Assembly (NCBI GenBank): GCA_964057225.1
Contig: OZ059899.1
Coordinates: 12,834,001-12,898,000 of the forward strand
Reading direction: 5' to 3'
Source of the DNA: Auanema rhodensis
Lineage: Eukaryota > Animalia > Nematoda
DNA: 64,000 nucleotides
Part shown: piece by piece, positions 26,601 through 41,900 of the stretch
How positions within the stretch are numbered: the first letter of the stretch is position 1
Layout of the letters: each line of letters opens with the position of its first letter
The notes under the pieces: generated by a model
The model's database searches: none
What the model was told of the DNA's origin: nothing
Seen by the model: only the letters and a program-made list of their open reading frames with translations
Translations under genes and position numbers: made by a program

Positions 26601-29600
26601 GTGTCGAGCATATTAGATTCATCCATAATAAAGCACATCTTCTCATTTCGGCAACCAGCGCGACGAAGAACTGTACGCATATCTTCATCGAAATCAGCAG
26701 CAGTATATTTGGAATGAACTTTGAGCTATAAAGATTCGACTTGTAGAACACAGATACTGAAGTGATGAATCTTACTTGGAAGACACTGAGTCCATTAAGC
26801 CAAGCAACGAAACGAGAAAGAGTAGTCTTTCCTGCTCCGGCTGTACCAATAAGTAAAAGATGTCCTTGAGGTTGTCTGTAGATTCTGTCGATTCTGAGAA
26901 CATGATCCAACATTTGATCAAAAAGAACAAGTTGTACATCAAGTTCTTCTTCGTAGAATCCCTATGAATAAAGAATTAATTAAACAAAAGAATCAAAATC
27001 TAACCTTAAGGCGAGCTTGAACGTAGTCTTTAAGTTCCTCTCTGGTGACTGGAACGTAATCCTTAGACATCCAGCAAGAGTAAAGAATGGGGCGAACAAG
27101 AGAGTTTGAAACATTGCATGATCCAGAGAAGTACTTCTCAGCGGTGCTATCGATAAGCTCATCTGTCCATTTACGTTCATCTTCGGATACCAAACGATCT
27201 TGGAAGAGACGAAGAGCTTCATGAGCCCAGAGACGTAGAAGATCATCAGGTGTAATTCCATCAAGTGGAGCAATAGCTTCAGAAATACCACGTACCCAGC
27301 GAGTCAACTCACGAGGCGAATAGACATAGTGAGGTTGATCGTCTTGAGTGAAATGTTCTTGACTGGCAAGATACACATCAACCATAGCATTGGTTAAAGC
27401 ATCTGCTAAAGCTCGGACGGATGGTGTCATCTTGAGCATAGCTCTGAAGCACAATATATTGATAAAGCAAAGCTTTTAAAACCACGTACCTGTTGAAGGT
27501 TCCATAAATTTGGATAAGTGAAGTTTGTCCCGGATAATCGACATATACGACTGGAACGTGACGTAAGAAACGTAAAGTCATTGGATGACGTCCAGGATCA
27601 GTAGGAGGATTACAAGCTCCGACAAATTGAATTCTTTCAAGAGTAACCCAAGAATGATCAGAGGTACGATAGAATCCATTCTACACAAATGAGATAGCAA
27701 TATGTATTGATGGAAATAGAAATTCGCTTACCATTTCAACCAATTGACGTAAGAAAGAGATGACACGCTGAGTTCCATATTTATCTGGGGAAGGCAAGTT
27801 AATTTCATCACAGAAGATAACAAGCCAGCGAGAAAGCTGAAGAGGAGCGAGAACAACACCGTTTGGAGTACGTCTGGAAACAAATGAATAAAAAAAGTTT
27901 TACGCGAAAGGCTTACCTGTATTCGCAATAATGCTCGAATGTTCTCATAAGAAGTTCCGGAGTTGTTGATGAAGAGAAGTTAACGTTTACAACATCCATA
28001 TCTTGCTGAGATCTCAATGCAGCCAACAAAGTCATAGTCTGAACAATAATAAGTAATAACTTTCACAAATAAGCTATTTTACCTTTCCAGAACCAGGAGG
28101 ACCACAAAGAACAAGAGGTTTGTGCTCAGACAACCAAGCAGCCAAGAGCATTTCGTGTCTGACAGTATCAATTGTTGGTACAACAAGATCAGCAGCAGCA
28201 ACACGGTGAGCTTCGATTTCCATGGATGGAACGCGAGATACCCAGGGTTGCCAATCTCCACTCATTTGGACCTCGTAGTCAATAAGACAAGCTTGCGCAT
28301 TAGGTGGGAGTGTAACAGTAGTAGAGCTTCTGACGAAGTCACTCATTTGCTGTCTACTCTTCCATTTGCCGTCACCACTGAACGCCCATACAATGTTGGT
28401 AAGCATAATTCGTTGAATGTATGTTTCAATTTGCTCGTCCTGAGTAAGAAACAGAAATTAATATAACAAGCAACTTAGCAAACCGATAAGGGGAAGTCTC
28501 CTTGGTTATTATCATGATTAACAATGCATCTAACACTGTAATTCATCATAGCGAAGAAGGAAGAGAGCAATCTTTGTTGAGTTGGTACCATGATATGATC
28601 AAGCTTAGTTATAGCATAATTGAGAGAAATTGGAACAATACCATCTATAATTCAATAAAATTAATTTAAAAGTTGAATTCAGATTGGTTACCTGTTTGGA
28701 AGTGGGCTTGAAGTGCACTGGCAGCACATCTTTGAACAAAGATGGGGCGGGTTGGAGTTCCTTCACCAACAGCATTGATATTGCCTCCAATAGAAACCTC
28801 ATTATCAATAGATACATTGCGAAGTCTTTCGAGATAATGATCAAAGAGCATATCGATGGATACAACTTCTTCGGAGAACCACACCATACCACAACGTGAT
28901 ACAGTAGCAAGAGTAGCGTACTTCAAATCAGAAACTTCGAAGATTATGCGAACCTGAAGAAAAAGTTTTTTTAAACCAAAAGCATATAATTAAACATACG
29001 TTAGATGGTATCGCAAGACGTTCTCCATTAGGAAGAGTCAAAAGCTTGTTGTCGTCAAGAACAGAGTTCAAGTTTTCAACCCATTCTGGATCGACATCAC
29101 CATCGAATATGATCCACTGACGTTTCTCGCTTTCTCCACGAACGTTGTCAATGATTCTTAATACAAAGTATATTATAATATAAGGGAAATACTGATTTAC
29201 CTTCTGATGACTGCAGTGAACAAACCATCAGTCCATTCGCGTGTATTAGGATCCATAACTCCGTATAAAGCATCTTTACTCATAGCTTTAGCATCAATAA
29301 CATGGGCTACACCCTCGATGTTTTCATATCGTTCAAGTGCTTTGAGTAACACTTTCCAAGCAGTAGTTTTACCAGTTCCACTTGCTCCGACAAGCATGAG
29401 ACCATGATTGAGGTTGGTGATTTGGTACAATTGGAGAACTTTTTCCACCCATGTTCCACCGAGCTCGTCTTTAGCATCGGAGTAGCAAAGAAGGTTCTTT
29501 TCACAAACAGATCGGAGATGTTCACGAAGTCTAAAATAATATTCAAAAATAGGAAGTGTCGATAGTAGCTTACTCATTCATTGGGTTAGGGGTGTATTGT

Positions 29601-32600
29601 ACAGATGGGAATACATCAGAGAGAAGAGATGAGAGAAGAGCAATATCTTCACTGACCAACTTAGGCACCAAGGTTTCACAGACAGATTGAATAAGCATCT
29701 AAAATATTGAATTAATTTTGGAAAAATAGATAAAGTTATACCTGTTGCTCAGTAGCATCTTCCAAAGCAGCAGATCCCACTTTGGAGAGCTTATCACGCT
29801 TGATGTTACCAGCAGATACAAGGACATACTTCAAAGCACGGAGACCAAAGTCATAGTGACATTGAGCAGAAAGTTGTTCTTTGCAAAGACTGAAAAAAAT
29901 TGAGTAAGACAAATGAAAATACAAATAAAAGTTACATGAATAATGGAACAATTTTGTTAGCCAAAGCTTCAGCAGTTCTGAAACCTTGAGAGAAGAGCAT
30001 AACTTGAGCAATAAGTTGTCGGTCTGGTTGAGTCATAGCCAAACTACGGAAGAGTTGTTTCAAGTTATCAGGAAGGTTGGAACGTCCAGAATATCCCGGA
30101 TTCATGGTGATGAATATACCGATATTGCTGTTGACAGTCAAGGCCTTGCCAACGAGGTCTACAACCATGTCACCTCCTGCTCTAACAGCTTCTTGGATTG
30201 TTTGAATTTGTTGAGAAACAGCGGATAACATTCTTTCTTCCAAACGATTGAATTCGTCAAAGCAACCCCAAGCTCCCACTTGGCATAAACCAACAAGAAT
30301 TCTTCCCATAGCCTGGATAAAATCTTGAAATGAAAGAAATTACTGTTGGAAATACCTGGAAGTCGAAGGTTTCGTCACAATTGAATACCAGAACAAATCT
30401 TCCGAGCTGATGTCCAAGAGCTTTAACAGATTCAGTTTTACCAGTACCAGCAGGACCGAATGGAGATCCTCCCAATCTAACATAATCAATTGATATACAT
30501 CGAATTCTGATAAAACGGTTACCTGGCATGAAGAGCTTGAGTCATAGTCAAGAAGCATCTATCAGTCAAAGGAGTTCTAACAAGACGTTCCTGGATTCCG
30601 AGGTATTCAAAACCATAGAAGAATCTAGCATTTGCCATCTTGACGATACAACACTTCATGGGGTCAAGCTAAAAACAAATTAATCTTTTAAAGTCAAAAT
30701 TGTGATTTGCTTGATACCAATAATAAGATAAATATAACTCACTTGTTTAGGATCAAAGTAGAATCTCATACATTGCAACCAAGCAAAATCATTTTGGTTC
30801 TTCACACCTTGATTAGCCAACTTACGACATGTGTCTCTCTTGTGTACAAACTCGGTGATCTTAAATGAATCATATTTCTTAAAGTTGAAAATTGATTCAT
30901 ACCAAAGCTTCAATTTTCTTTCTACGAATAGGAGGCTGATCCTTAAGTACAGAATCTGCGAGAAGTGAAAGAGTAGCAACGACAGCCTTCTCTACACTTT
31001 CAACTCCTTTTCCATCAGCGAGAGTAGCTTCCATCTGGTTAGACCACCAGATTTCAGCTGTTAAAGCGATAACTTGAGCTGGATAGTTATCAAGCCATTC
31101 CATATATTCTTCTGGCTTTACAATCTCGATATCAAGCTTTGAGAAATGAATAAGAGAAGCAGCTAACTTTCTGAAAACAAAGAAAAACATCTTTTAATTT
31201 GATTAAATATCACAAACCTAGCCAGAGTATGTTTCATTTCATTTTCGAAAGCCTTTAACCAATCATTGATTCTAATGTCCTTAGTAGCGACGGGCTGAAC
31301 AAGATCAACTTGTTCTCCCTCTCTACTGTTAAGTCCAGTAATCTGAATTATAAAATGATAAAACAGATACAACCTTTGTAAACGTACAATTTTATCTTCT
31401 TCTCCTACATCAATGGTACTAACTCCGGCAAACATCTTCTTAAGGTGCTTTTGAAGACGGCCAATATCCTTACTATTACCCATAATTTCCAGAAGATCTT
31501 CATCTCCGACGAAGTAGAATCTGAATCATTGGTAAACAAAAGAAAAAAAAATATACGAGTACCTTGGGAATGATGATCTTTCTCTCTCAAGATACTCTCC
31601 AAGAGCTTTCTGAATCTTGGCCAACATATCAGCCAGACGTTCAAGAAGTCTTTGAGCTCCTTGCATGTGAACAACATCCAAAATTCTTGGAGAAGCAGTA
31701 ACCTTCTTCATAAGAGCCAAGAACTCAGTAGAAATACTAAAATATAGTTTGCTAATATAATAAGATAATTCGTTATCTAACCTAGAGAATCTAGAGCTTT
31801 CAACAGGCAAAAGGTTTACTATATCAGCGGACCCACTGAAAAGACCCTCAAGGTATACCCAACGACGTTGAACATCAATCCAGACATCGAACATTGCACT
31901 GATCTTATTCAATTTCTCTTCCCAAGAGACAGCATCCTAAAATCCGACATAAGATATGAAAGTTAACGTTTGATACCTCTTCGAATTGCTTATAATATGG
32001 AGAAAGTTTCATAGCAGCCAAAGAATTTTGGTGTTCTTTGAGCTTACTGAAAAGTTCATCCCATCCCTTGATGAGGCGAGTTTTGTTTTGATAGTTAACC
32101 AATTCAATTTCATAAGTTTGCCAGAAGTCTCTCATCTGAATAACACTGATCTCGAAGATGTGTCCTTCTTTCTACTAACCTGTTTAAGGAATACTTCAAG
32201 AGCCAATTCTCCTTGAGCAACTAGAAGAATTTGCTTGATAGTATGTTCATGACGTTGAAGATCAGCATCCCAAACTTGTCCCAATGTAAGTTCGGAAAGA
32301 TTCCAGTTGACACGAAGTTCCTTCATCATCTGTCTCCAATGACGTTCTTTCAAAGCTTCGGATTTCAATTCAGATATAAGCATATTCATCTAAGAGGAAA
32401 AAATCCATGTTTATATTCATGATTATACTATAGCAAGATTACCTTGGAATAGTTATGCATCATCTGCTTGGCATACTCGTAACTCTTGTAACTCTTATAT
32501 TTTACGGGAAGATGTTTCAGTTGATTCATTAGTTCATCCAAAGACTGACGAAGCTTACGCGGTTGAACAGATAACCAGGTCTTTTCCTTAAAATACCGTT

Positions 32601-35600
32601 CTTCAGATGAATCAAACAACTTGTAAATTCATACCTTGATTTCATCTATAACATTGTAGATGGGCAAAAGATTTTGCCACACTCCCTTAAGATCTCCTAA
32701 TTCTTCCGAGGCTACAGCAAGCTTATCACCTTCTGATACCACACCGGTATCAGCCATGTCCAACGCATTTCTAGCTTTACGCATCTTTTCGCGATCCTCA
32801 GACAACTTCTGCATCTTTTGCTCGAATTGAGTAATAGAAACCAAAGCATCTTGAGGACGATGAGATCCTTCAACAGGCTTGCAACGCTCCCATTCTGAGA
32901 GAGTTTCTAAAGTTCTCTTTTCAACCAATTCATCTTCCTCAGAAATCTTGGATTGAAGGTTACTGATCTGAAATTATAGGAATAACACCGCAGACAAAAC
33001 AAGACAAAATTACCTGTGATTGAATAGAAGAGTCTTTTCTCATGAGAATATCAGCAAGAGCAGTCCATTCTCCTTCTACATGCTCGGCATGAAGCCAGTT
33101 GTTAGGGAATTGGTAGCGTTGCTGAGTAAGAACCCGTTGACTAGCACGGAACTGCTCAACCTGAAGATGAGTTAAATATAGTTTTACATAGATAAAAAAG
33201 AATTTACAGTTTCGTTTCCAGCCTTGGTTTGTTTCTTCAATGTTTGAACATAGGTGATTAAAGCCACAGCATCACTTGTAGTACCAGCATCAACGGTTTG
33301 TGATTCAAGTTCTTCTCTCCATTTAGAAATAACAGAATAGAATTGTTGCATTTCACCACCTTAACGAAAGAAACAATAGAAATAGATAAGAATATCAATA
33401 TACCAAGAGCAGATCCGAACTTTTGAAGAACTTCCTTATGCCAATAATCATATTTTAAAGTTACTTTAGATTGAACTTTAGAATAATCAATGACAACAGG
33501 GAAGAAAGACTTTTTATGATCGAGAGTATCAAAGGTGCCTCTGCTCTTTTTAATTTCTACAAGAGTCTTCATCCATTTGTTCAAATCAGTCCCGAGACAC
33601 TCGTAAAGCATTTCAGCTTGAAGATCCCAAAGAGCTTGGTAACGTAACCATTCATTGACATAATCTTCCACCTAAATTAGCAAATATTTAGAGCATTTCT
33701 AAAAAAAGTGATGCCTTAGTCATAATGCTGTCGATAGTGTTATAAGCTTCAATCAACACAGACAGACCTCCCGGGAGTCTGCTGAGCATATCTTTGTAGG
33801 TAGTCTGGCATTCTCGGTTCATGGCCAATTCAAAACGAGTACTACTGATTCTAGGCTGGTTAGTAGCAACAGCATGCCAATCTGTGAGCTGTTCCAGAAG
33901 CTTAGCTCTAGCTAGTTCAATGGATGGACTGATGTAGAGAGTTTGAGCAGTTAGACGCACCTATATAATCAAACTAGAAAACAAAATCAAGAAAAAGAAA
34001 TACTTCAATAACGATATGATGAATAGGAGGAAGAGCAACATTGCGTTCTTTAAATTCTTCAACTTCTTCACTAGCATTGTAAACTAATGACCAGAGTTTG
34101 ATTGCATTCTCTACCCTGACAGCAAGTTTAGCCTCGATCTAAAACTATTATGTCTTTGAGAATATTGTTTAGTCGACTACCGTCTTATCAAGCTTATCAA
34201 CCCAATGGTTCAAGTTAGAATAGTTTCCTAAAGACAAGCTATCAACGGATTTCTGAATTGAAGTTAAAAGAGATGTAATAGTGGTAGAGCTGTATTGGCA
34301 TGTCTCCAAAGCAGCGAGATCAACATCTATTTGGTCCATGATGAAGATAAGTTCTTCGACACGTTCCTGAGAAATTTGTTTAGTACCCACTAATTATTGA
34401 AATATTACCTCAAAGCTATTAATAGTGTCAGCAAGTTTGCTAACATAGGGATCAATCTTATAAGATTCCCAAGTTAATTGATATCCTTCGTTTATTTGAG
34501 TTTGAATTTCCTTATGATAGCTGGCTACTAATGCTTTAATTCCATCCTTTCCTGCTAGACGCTCATTGATAGATTCGTAAGTCTTAAACATTTTCAAAAT
34601 AAAATTTCTTATTTATAAAAAACATACTTTAACGGATTCAAGAAGACTGATAGCACAGGGATACAGCTGATTAGCTTGGTGAGCAGCATTGACTATTTTA
34701 AGTGGTACACGGAAGTTCATAGCTTTAAGGTTACGCACCTAAAATAAGAAGTTTAAACCGCAAAAAATTGAAAACCTCACCTCCTTGTGAAGAACAATAC
34801 TCTCGGGAGAGAAGTTAACCTTCAGATGATGGTGGGGCTTAGAATCCTTTGTACGTCGCTCGATGGCATAAACCTAAAGAATATTCATTACTACCTAAAA
34901 CTAATTATAATTCCTACTCTTCCAGAAGTAGAGAAGTTTTTCGCATTCACTTCTTCCACCCATTTTTCGAAAAGAGGCTCAGTGTTCAATTTCTTTTGGA
35001 AGTTATCACCCTCAGATTTCAGTTGGCGACCTAAATAACTGGGCATCATTAACCTCACACGAAACTAAATGACACGTACCTTCTACGTGATTCTCCCATC
35101 CTTTTCCAAGAACATCCTCAACTCTTTGAGTATAGAGAGAAAGCTGACGCTCAATTTGTTTGATCCACATAATCTTGGCAGATACAGGTGGGATGTCAAC
35201 TACATCAGTCAACATCTGACTGTGGTTACTGGAGTATTGCTTCATGAACTTGTGCTACAAATGAATAATGTAATAAATTAGTAAGTACAAAATATACCTG
35301 AAGGCTTTCGATATCTTCCTTCACGCGATGAATAAGCTGAGTTTGATACTCACGGATAGCACCACGAATATTGGGGCGAATGAAAAGAGCATTGAAACGA
35401 CTGCAATGTAAAAATACAAAAAAAATACCAGGTAATTACAAATCATACCTGAAGATGTTGAACATTTCTTTGGCATTTCTAGCAGATTCAAGTTGATCAC
35501 GAAGACGAGAAGTGATAGCTGTTTCCACTCTCTCAATATTTTCATCATATCTTCTTTGAGCAGCATCCCAAGCATTAGTTCCTTCTGGGGAAACATCAAG

Positions 35601-37537
35601 GCAGTCTACCTCTTTCACAAACTCAAAAGCCTGATCGATCTAAAAAGAAGATATTTGAAACTATAAAACTTGATATAACTAACCTGATCAATAGGAGTAG
35701 CTTCATCGTTAGCAAGTGGATCTTCATCCTTCTCACGACTTCCTTTTGGACGAAGAACTCTAGCAATTACAGTTCGAAGTTGCTCGTGTTGTCTTCTGAA
35801 TTGACGAGCGAGAGTAAGCCTTCCCTCCAACTTTTTGTGTTGCGGTTGAATTTTCCATGTAGTCATCTTCACAGGTATATCTCTCTTTTTCTTAGATATA
35901 TCACGAAGTAAAGTGATAAATCTATATAAAAATATCAAAAAAACAGAAAGTAAAAAGTTATTACCTTTCATATTCCTCATCCCATTTTTGAAACAACGCG
36001 AAGCATTGGTTCATTAAACCGTCAAACTCAACAATAGAAATATTCATTAATCTTCTAGTGCCCAGCACTTTGAGAATTTGAGCATTAACATCTCGAGAAA
36101 TAGCTTCGATAAAGCGTAAAGCTCTTTGAACAGGGTATTTAGTAGATCTTAACAAGCTTCATATTACAGATCTTGAAAACTGCTAATTTACCTCATTTTC
36201 TTCATATGATTGAAAATATTACTAATAGCAAGACGAATTCCGTCCATATCAGTGGCTGAGACCAACTCGTTCAAAGGCATGTCTTTCATTAAGGAATTGT
36301 AATCTGCTACAAGTCCCACCATTTGCTTCAAGCCAGTATCAGCATCGAATGATACGGTAGCGTGAAAACGTTTTCCGCACTTCAAGGCTTCAAGAGTAAG
36401 CATAACCTACATAAAACTATGAATATATGGAAACACAAAGAATAAGGTACCTCGTCAGACTCTCTTTTTTGAGAAATTTTTTGCAATGCCCTCTCCAAAT
36501 TGAGCCAGAACGTCATCTCTTGAACAGATGTACCAGAAGCGGGATCTCTTTCCAATTTGGTGACTTTTCTTATTTCTTTGATCCATCTCCCAACACCATT
36601 AGTCAGATTGTTCAAGAACATAGCATCCTCAACCATATCACCCAAATCAGAAACCTGATATTTATTCAGTTTACAAAAATATTTCAGAAAAGAAATTACC
36701 TTAGCCTTACGGCCTTCAGCAGAAGCTTTTTGGATGGCAGATTGAATATGTGGATTAATAACCAAGTTAATTTCGGGGATGTCAATATTCTGTTGGAGGT
36801 GAAGAAGAGCAACCTTCAAAATTTATTTAATCTCTGAATGAAGTTTTATCTGTATACCTCAGCTTCATTTAGTAATTTTTCAACGGCTGGTGCAAGCTTG
36901 TCACCATCTCTCTCTCCTCTTCCACTTTCTTTAATATACGATTTGAAAAACGGATTAATGGCCTTTCCAATGAGGGACAACAGGGTATCATACGGATCAC
37001 CTTCATTCAATCTACAATTTTTTTTTGCCAAAGAATCATAAAAGAATGAAACATACACAATAACTCTAAGCTGCTCTGGAGTTGGTTTGTCAGCTTCGAG
37101 AACTGAACCTTTCTTAACAAAAACAACGGAAGTACTTCGTTCAGTTCTATACAGTACATCGTTTCTAACAGTAAAATGAACGATTGCACTCTCATTATCG
37201 TCACCAGTATCAGCATCTCCCCCATGATCTAAGAGATTTAATTTATAACTTTAAAAAAACAATTGTAAGAAACCTCTATGTACAGCTCTATCAATGGCTA
37301 ATACAGAGATTTGAGGGTCAGAAATAAATTTAGTTACAGCTTCTGATCCAATTATTATTTTAAGAAAATCTTCAAAAACTTGATTACATGCCAATAATGC
37401 GTGGGCCACAGTGCACACATAATTGGAGACGTCCTGTGCATTGGCCAACGCTACCTTCAAATGAAAAACAAAATAAGAATGTATATTTTGAAACAAACCT
37501 CAATTTGAGGTGGCGCAGTTTCCGGACCACTATCCAT
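20638..37537 (-). CDS. dhc-1: Cytoplasmic dynein 1 heavy chain
   Basis: Four P-loops ([31 protein letters not shown]), [20 protein letters not shown], stalk coiled coil. Starts [13 protein letters not shown], ends [15 protein letters not shown]. Dozens of short introns. Confidence 0.98.
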
Positions 37538-37984
37538 TCTAAAAGAGAAAAACCATTTAAACTGTTTTACAGCATGAAAAATAGGATAACGAGGCGCAAA
37601 CACGAAAAAGCATATAACAGTTCGTTGTTGCACAACACACAGTTCAAACAATCTGTTACGGAAATGATCTGTGAGCACCACGCTTCACTATTATAAAAAG
37701 AAAGGAGACAGATAAATGAGGATATTTGTTATAATTTCCATTATAAAGATATACATAATGTTTTAATCTTTGAATAACTTTCACTGAGCACAGCATACGT
37801 GGACGTTTCGACGGTTCCCTTAAGTTCAGGAACACGCAGTCGGAAGAAGTAACCTTTGACCAGGAAAAAGAAAATAGGAAAATCTTCTTAGTAATTACCA
37901 ATTATCTCGAGCTTATTAATCTATTAGCTTATAAATCAGGAGGAACAACATCGAAACATATGTTTTAGCAATGAAATAAAATAT

Positions 37985-38040
37985 CTATTTGGCGCCCGTT
38001 TCGCAATACTGAAATTTGCGGGAACTAACTACAGCGAGCA
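37985..38040. promoter_or_regulatory. E2F-like motifs in the divergent dhc-1/HYPK promoter
   Basis: TTTGGCGC, TTTCGC and TTTGCGGGAA within about 40 bp, between head-to-head genes. Confidence 0.35.
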
Positions 38041-38340
38041 ATGTTGATAAGGTTGACGTTTTTCTAGTGCCACTGAATAATTTTTTTTAATTTTAATTTT
38101 TTCTTTTTTGTATTAAATATAATATTTTTCTAAAAAATGAACAGAAAATGAAAGGTCAAACTGCACTAAATTGAAAAAAGATCAATATTTTTTTTTGACT
38201 GTTCATATCTTTTTTGTGGGCGCATACATCTGTCATCAAATAAAAACGGAGGCGTCGTATTGTGGAAATTATCTATTTTTTTTATCATTTATATAGTAAA
38301 AAGACGTTATAATTTTCTCAAATTTCTTTAGGAAATTGAA

Positions 38341-38776
38341 ATGGCAGAGAAAGACGATATTGTCGACGATGTAGAGGAAAATCGGGATAAGCAACAAGAT
38401 AAACATAACTGGGGCGCCGCAGAATTAGAAAAGGTATATTATTTTTCGATGGGTCATTAATGAATAAATAAGGCTATATAAGCATTAGTACTATGTTTTC
38501 AGGTTACCGATCACACTGATGACCAAGATGATGCTATTATGTCCTCTGATGCGTTGGGCAAATTAATCAAGAATACTCATAGTCAAGTCCAAAAGGTTGT
38601 CCATATTAAGAAAGATGATCTCCAGATGTTAATGAACGAATTGGAACTTCCCAAGGTATACAGCAAGTTTTATTTAAATAATTAACCTAATACTTCATTA
38701 GGTTGTCATTGAAAGGAAGCTAATCGAATGTAATGGCGACCCACTAACAGCTTTAAGAAGTTTGTTAGGTTGTTGA
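38341..38776 (+). CDS. HYPK homologue (huntingtin-interacting protein K, NatA partner, UBA-like C-terminus), 3 exons
   Basis: Spliced MAEKDD...KHNWGAAELEK|VTDH...VHIKKDDLQMLMNELELPK|VVIERKLIECNGDPLTALRSLLGC* matches the HYPK pattern KHDSGAADLERVTD...IKKEDLELIM. Absent from the ORF track. Confidence 0.85.
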
Positions 38777-38953
38777 AACTATTTGTTATTTGTTTTCAAT
38801 TTTTTATTAAGAATGAACAATAATAACTAAGATATTTGATTATATTTGTAAAACAGTAGCATATTAACAATAAAAACAAGTGGCGAAAACCCGTCCATAA
38901 AGCAATGAGGATCTATTTTTAAAATAAATTATCTATAATAACATTAGTGATAG

Positions 38954-41900
38954 TTATAAATCTACAAATTCTAATTCATCCGGCATAACAGGAAAACGCG
39001 GTACTACTGAAAATACACATTTTATAAAAGTTTCAAGATCTCTTTCATTTTAATTATATCAAGAAGATATAGACTAAAATTTTAAACGAATGTAATAAAG
39101 AATAATTAAAGCTTTACCATTTGTTGGCATGATATATTTACTCATATCGGAAGCTGCCAAACTGTGTTCAATAAAGCAGAGATCATCTGATAAAACTTTT
39201 TTGAAACATATTACAATATAAAAAGTGATACCTTCTGTTAGTCTGGGGGGAGTTACAGCACAAGCTTGAGCATGAGATATTCGTTCTGGAGTTCTTAAAG
39301 AGGTTTCGACAACCTTATTCCAATCATTAACAGACATAGTCTCATTATCGGAATCTTAAATTAAAAAAAAAGTTCACTGCGAAAAGGTATCCTCTTTACA
39401 TACATTCATCTGAGCTTGACTCTTTGTTAGCTGTTCTTGTGATTTTACGAGATCTTCTTCGTTTCATCGGCTTTTCATCAGAAACTGTAGGCTAAAAGCA
39501 AATGAAGTTGCATATCCAACAAATATAAAACTAACTCTCTTAATTCCTCTATCGGGTCGAATTTTTTTCCTTATAAAAACCGTTAAAGATTTAAGAAGCG
39601 GATGTAATTCCGGTGAGCCGAGAACTTCCTTTTGCCTTTTGCAACATTGGGAAAGTTTCTTATAGAAGTCGAGACTATGCTCAGCAGAAGTCTGGAAATA
39701 GATTGGGTGAGAATCATTATAGTGGAATGAAATCTTACTCTTTCTTGATAACGAACAAGTTCTGAAACAGCAGATACGAGGTGACCCGATCTGAATTTCC
39801 ATTCAATATTACACATGCGTAAAAATTGACGAATAGGATAATCTGCATCATTTCCAACTAATTTTTTAGCAAAATACGAAATAAAAAAGAAACTATGAGC
39901 TTTGCCTTCCCGCTGTTCGAGCACTCTAGAATGAGCTATTTTAATCAAAATTATTTAACTGTTTAACAACTTATCTCGAATTAACTTATAAAACTTCAAA
40001 GCTCTGTATGTATTGCGATCAATAATAGCAGTAGTTGAAAATGTTTCACCAGTACTTGTTTGATAGCCTTGATAAGTAATTATACCTAGTGGTCTACGAA
40101 GTGAAGTATATTAACCGAACAAAAGTAGAATACATACTCTGTATCTTCAATCATTTTAATATTATCCATATCTTTGTCCGTTAAACTTGTTAAAATTGAT
40201 AATTTGCATCCGTTTGATACCACTAAATTATAAGAGGCCCAGCTAAATTAACAAACAAAAATTGAAAAGATAACTCTTCTGGACAACCCTCACCCCAACA
40301 CAAAAACGTACAGCGTTTGACAAATATGAAAATCGGGATCTACTTCTAATTCCGCTTCTATTTCTAAGAGAACGTTGTTCACCTGAAATCAGAGTAGCAT
40401 CAAAAACGCATATAACTGAACTCATACTCTTGTATCATATCTTATGTGATTCATTACGGAATAAGGAGCAGGCGCTCTCAATCCAGTAGAACTAACTGAA
40501 GAGCTAGCGTTAGAAGAAAACGAATGAACTGATAATGATGACACTGATGCACTGTCATCACTTTCTGATTGTAAAGGTGAACATTGCTTAAAATGTTAAA
40601 ATGATTAATGAACTGTAAATGTAGTAAACCGGAAAATCAAGAGATTCCGCAGGCCAGGGTCTAAATTCCGATTCAGTTTGATTCTGAAAATTTTCATTTG
40701 AGTTTTGTTTATTGCGAACTATATTTCGAACCTTCGATATTATGTATCCGTGATAAGTTAAGAACTCAATGAATGGTTCAATCATTGTACTATCCTCAAG
40801 ACATATTTCATTAATTTTCCAGATAGGAATGGGATTAGCTTGACAGTACTTCAAAAGTTGAAGATCGGTTAATCTAAAGATCACAGTTATACATAACTAT
40901 TCAAATTTGAGGTAACCTTTCAAGAATAGGTGCTACAGGTTTCATTGAAGAATCAAACAACTTGTGATATGTGGTTTTCAAATGTCCTCTTAATCGTAAG
41001 CGAGGGACCAATTGTTTGCATGTATAACAGTAATGATATTTCATTCCACCACGAGCGACTTCACTTGTAAAAAGAATTCCTATGAATATATAGGGATTAT
41101 ACAACTGATACTATAGAATTACCCATGTGAACATGATAATCAGAATACATTACTTCTGCCATGCAAACGGCATCGTCATATGGTATACCATGGATTTTAT
41201 CTACTTCATCCAGCTGAGCGAAATTAGGTTCATAATTTAATCGCCTAAAACAAAAATAAATATTTTAGAAATCATGAAAGTAATAAACTTCACTTGGTCT
41301 CCTCGCTTTTGTTTTACATCTGGTAACGGGGGTGGATCCTTAAATAAGCTCGGTCACATGTATATACATAAAAGAAACAAACCGTATCTAAAATCATTCC
41401 AATGTCTGATAAAAAAGATTCTATGAGATTTGTGTCAAGTGTTGAGAACTTGTCTGAGATTTCATTCTTATTAATTGCAGAAGTACTGTAGAATCTAGAT
41501 AGCCTGACTTCATTGAAGTGAAGTGTCAACTGAAACATCAAAGCCACGTAATTGTTTAAGAGTTCTTTGTTAAAGCGTTTGCGTTTTCATATTGATCAAA
41601 TTCCAAAAAAACGAAACATACTCTATTCGTATCTATATCTTCAGATGGATGAACAGCTTTCATATGGGCATTAAAAGCAGGCTCAAATATGGATTTGTCA
41701 CACAAGAGGCAAACTACTTTTTTCAGTACTACATCGTCGCTATTCATCCAATAGCATTTTTGCCAGTCCCTACATATTTCCGACCATGTAGGGAGTCTGA
41801 GATCTAAAGAAAATCAATCTTCATTAGAAAAGATACGAGCAAAACCTATCAAGGGATCTTGTGTTAATGAAGCAGCGATTTGATTAGCTTCATCGATGTT

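Noticed and set aside
21449-37696. Plus-strand ORFs antisense to dhc-1
   Set aside because: Shadow ORFs caused by codon bias of the real minus-strand exons.
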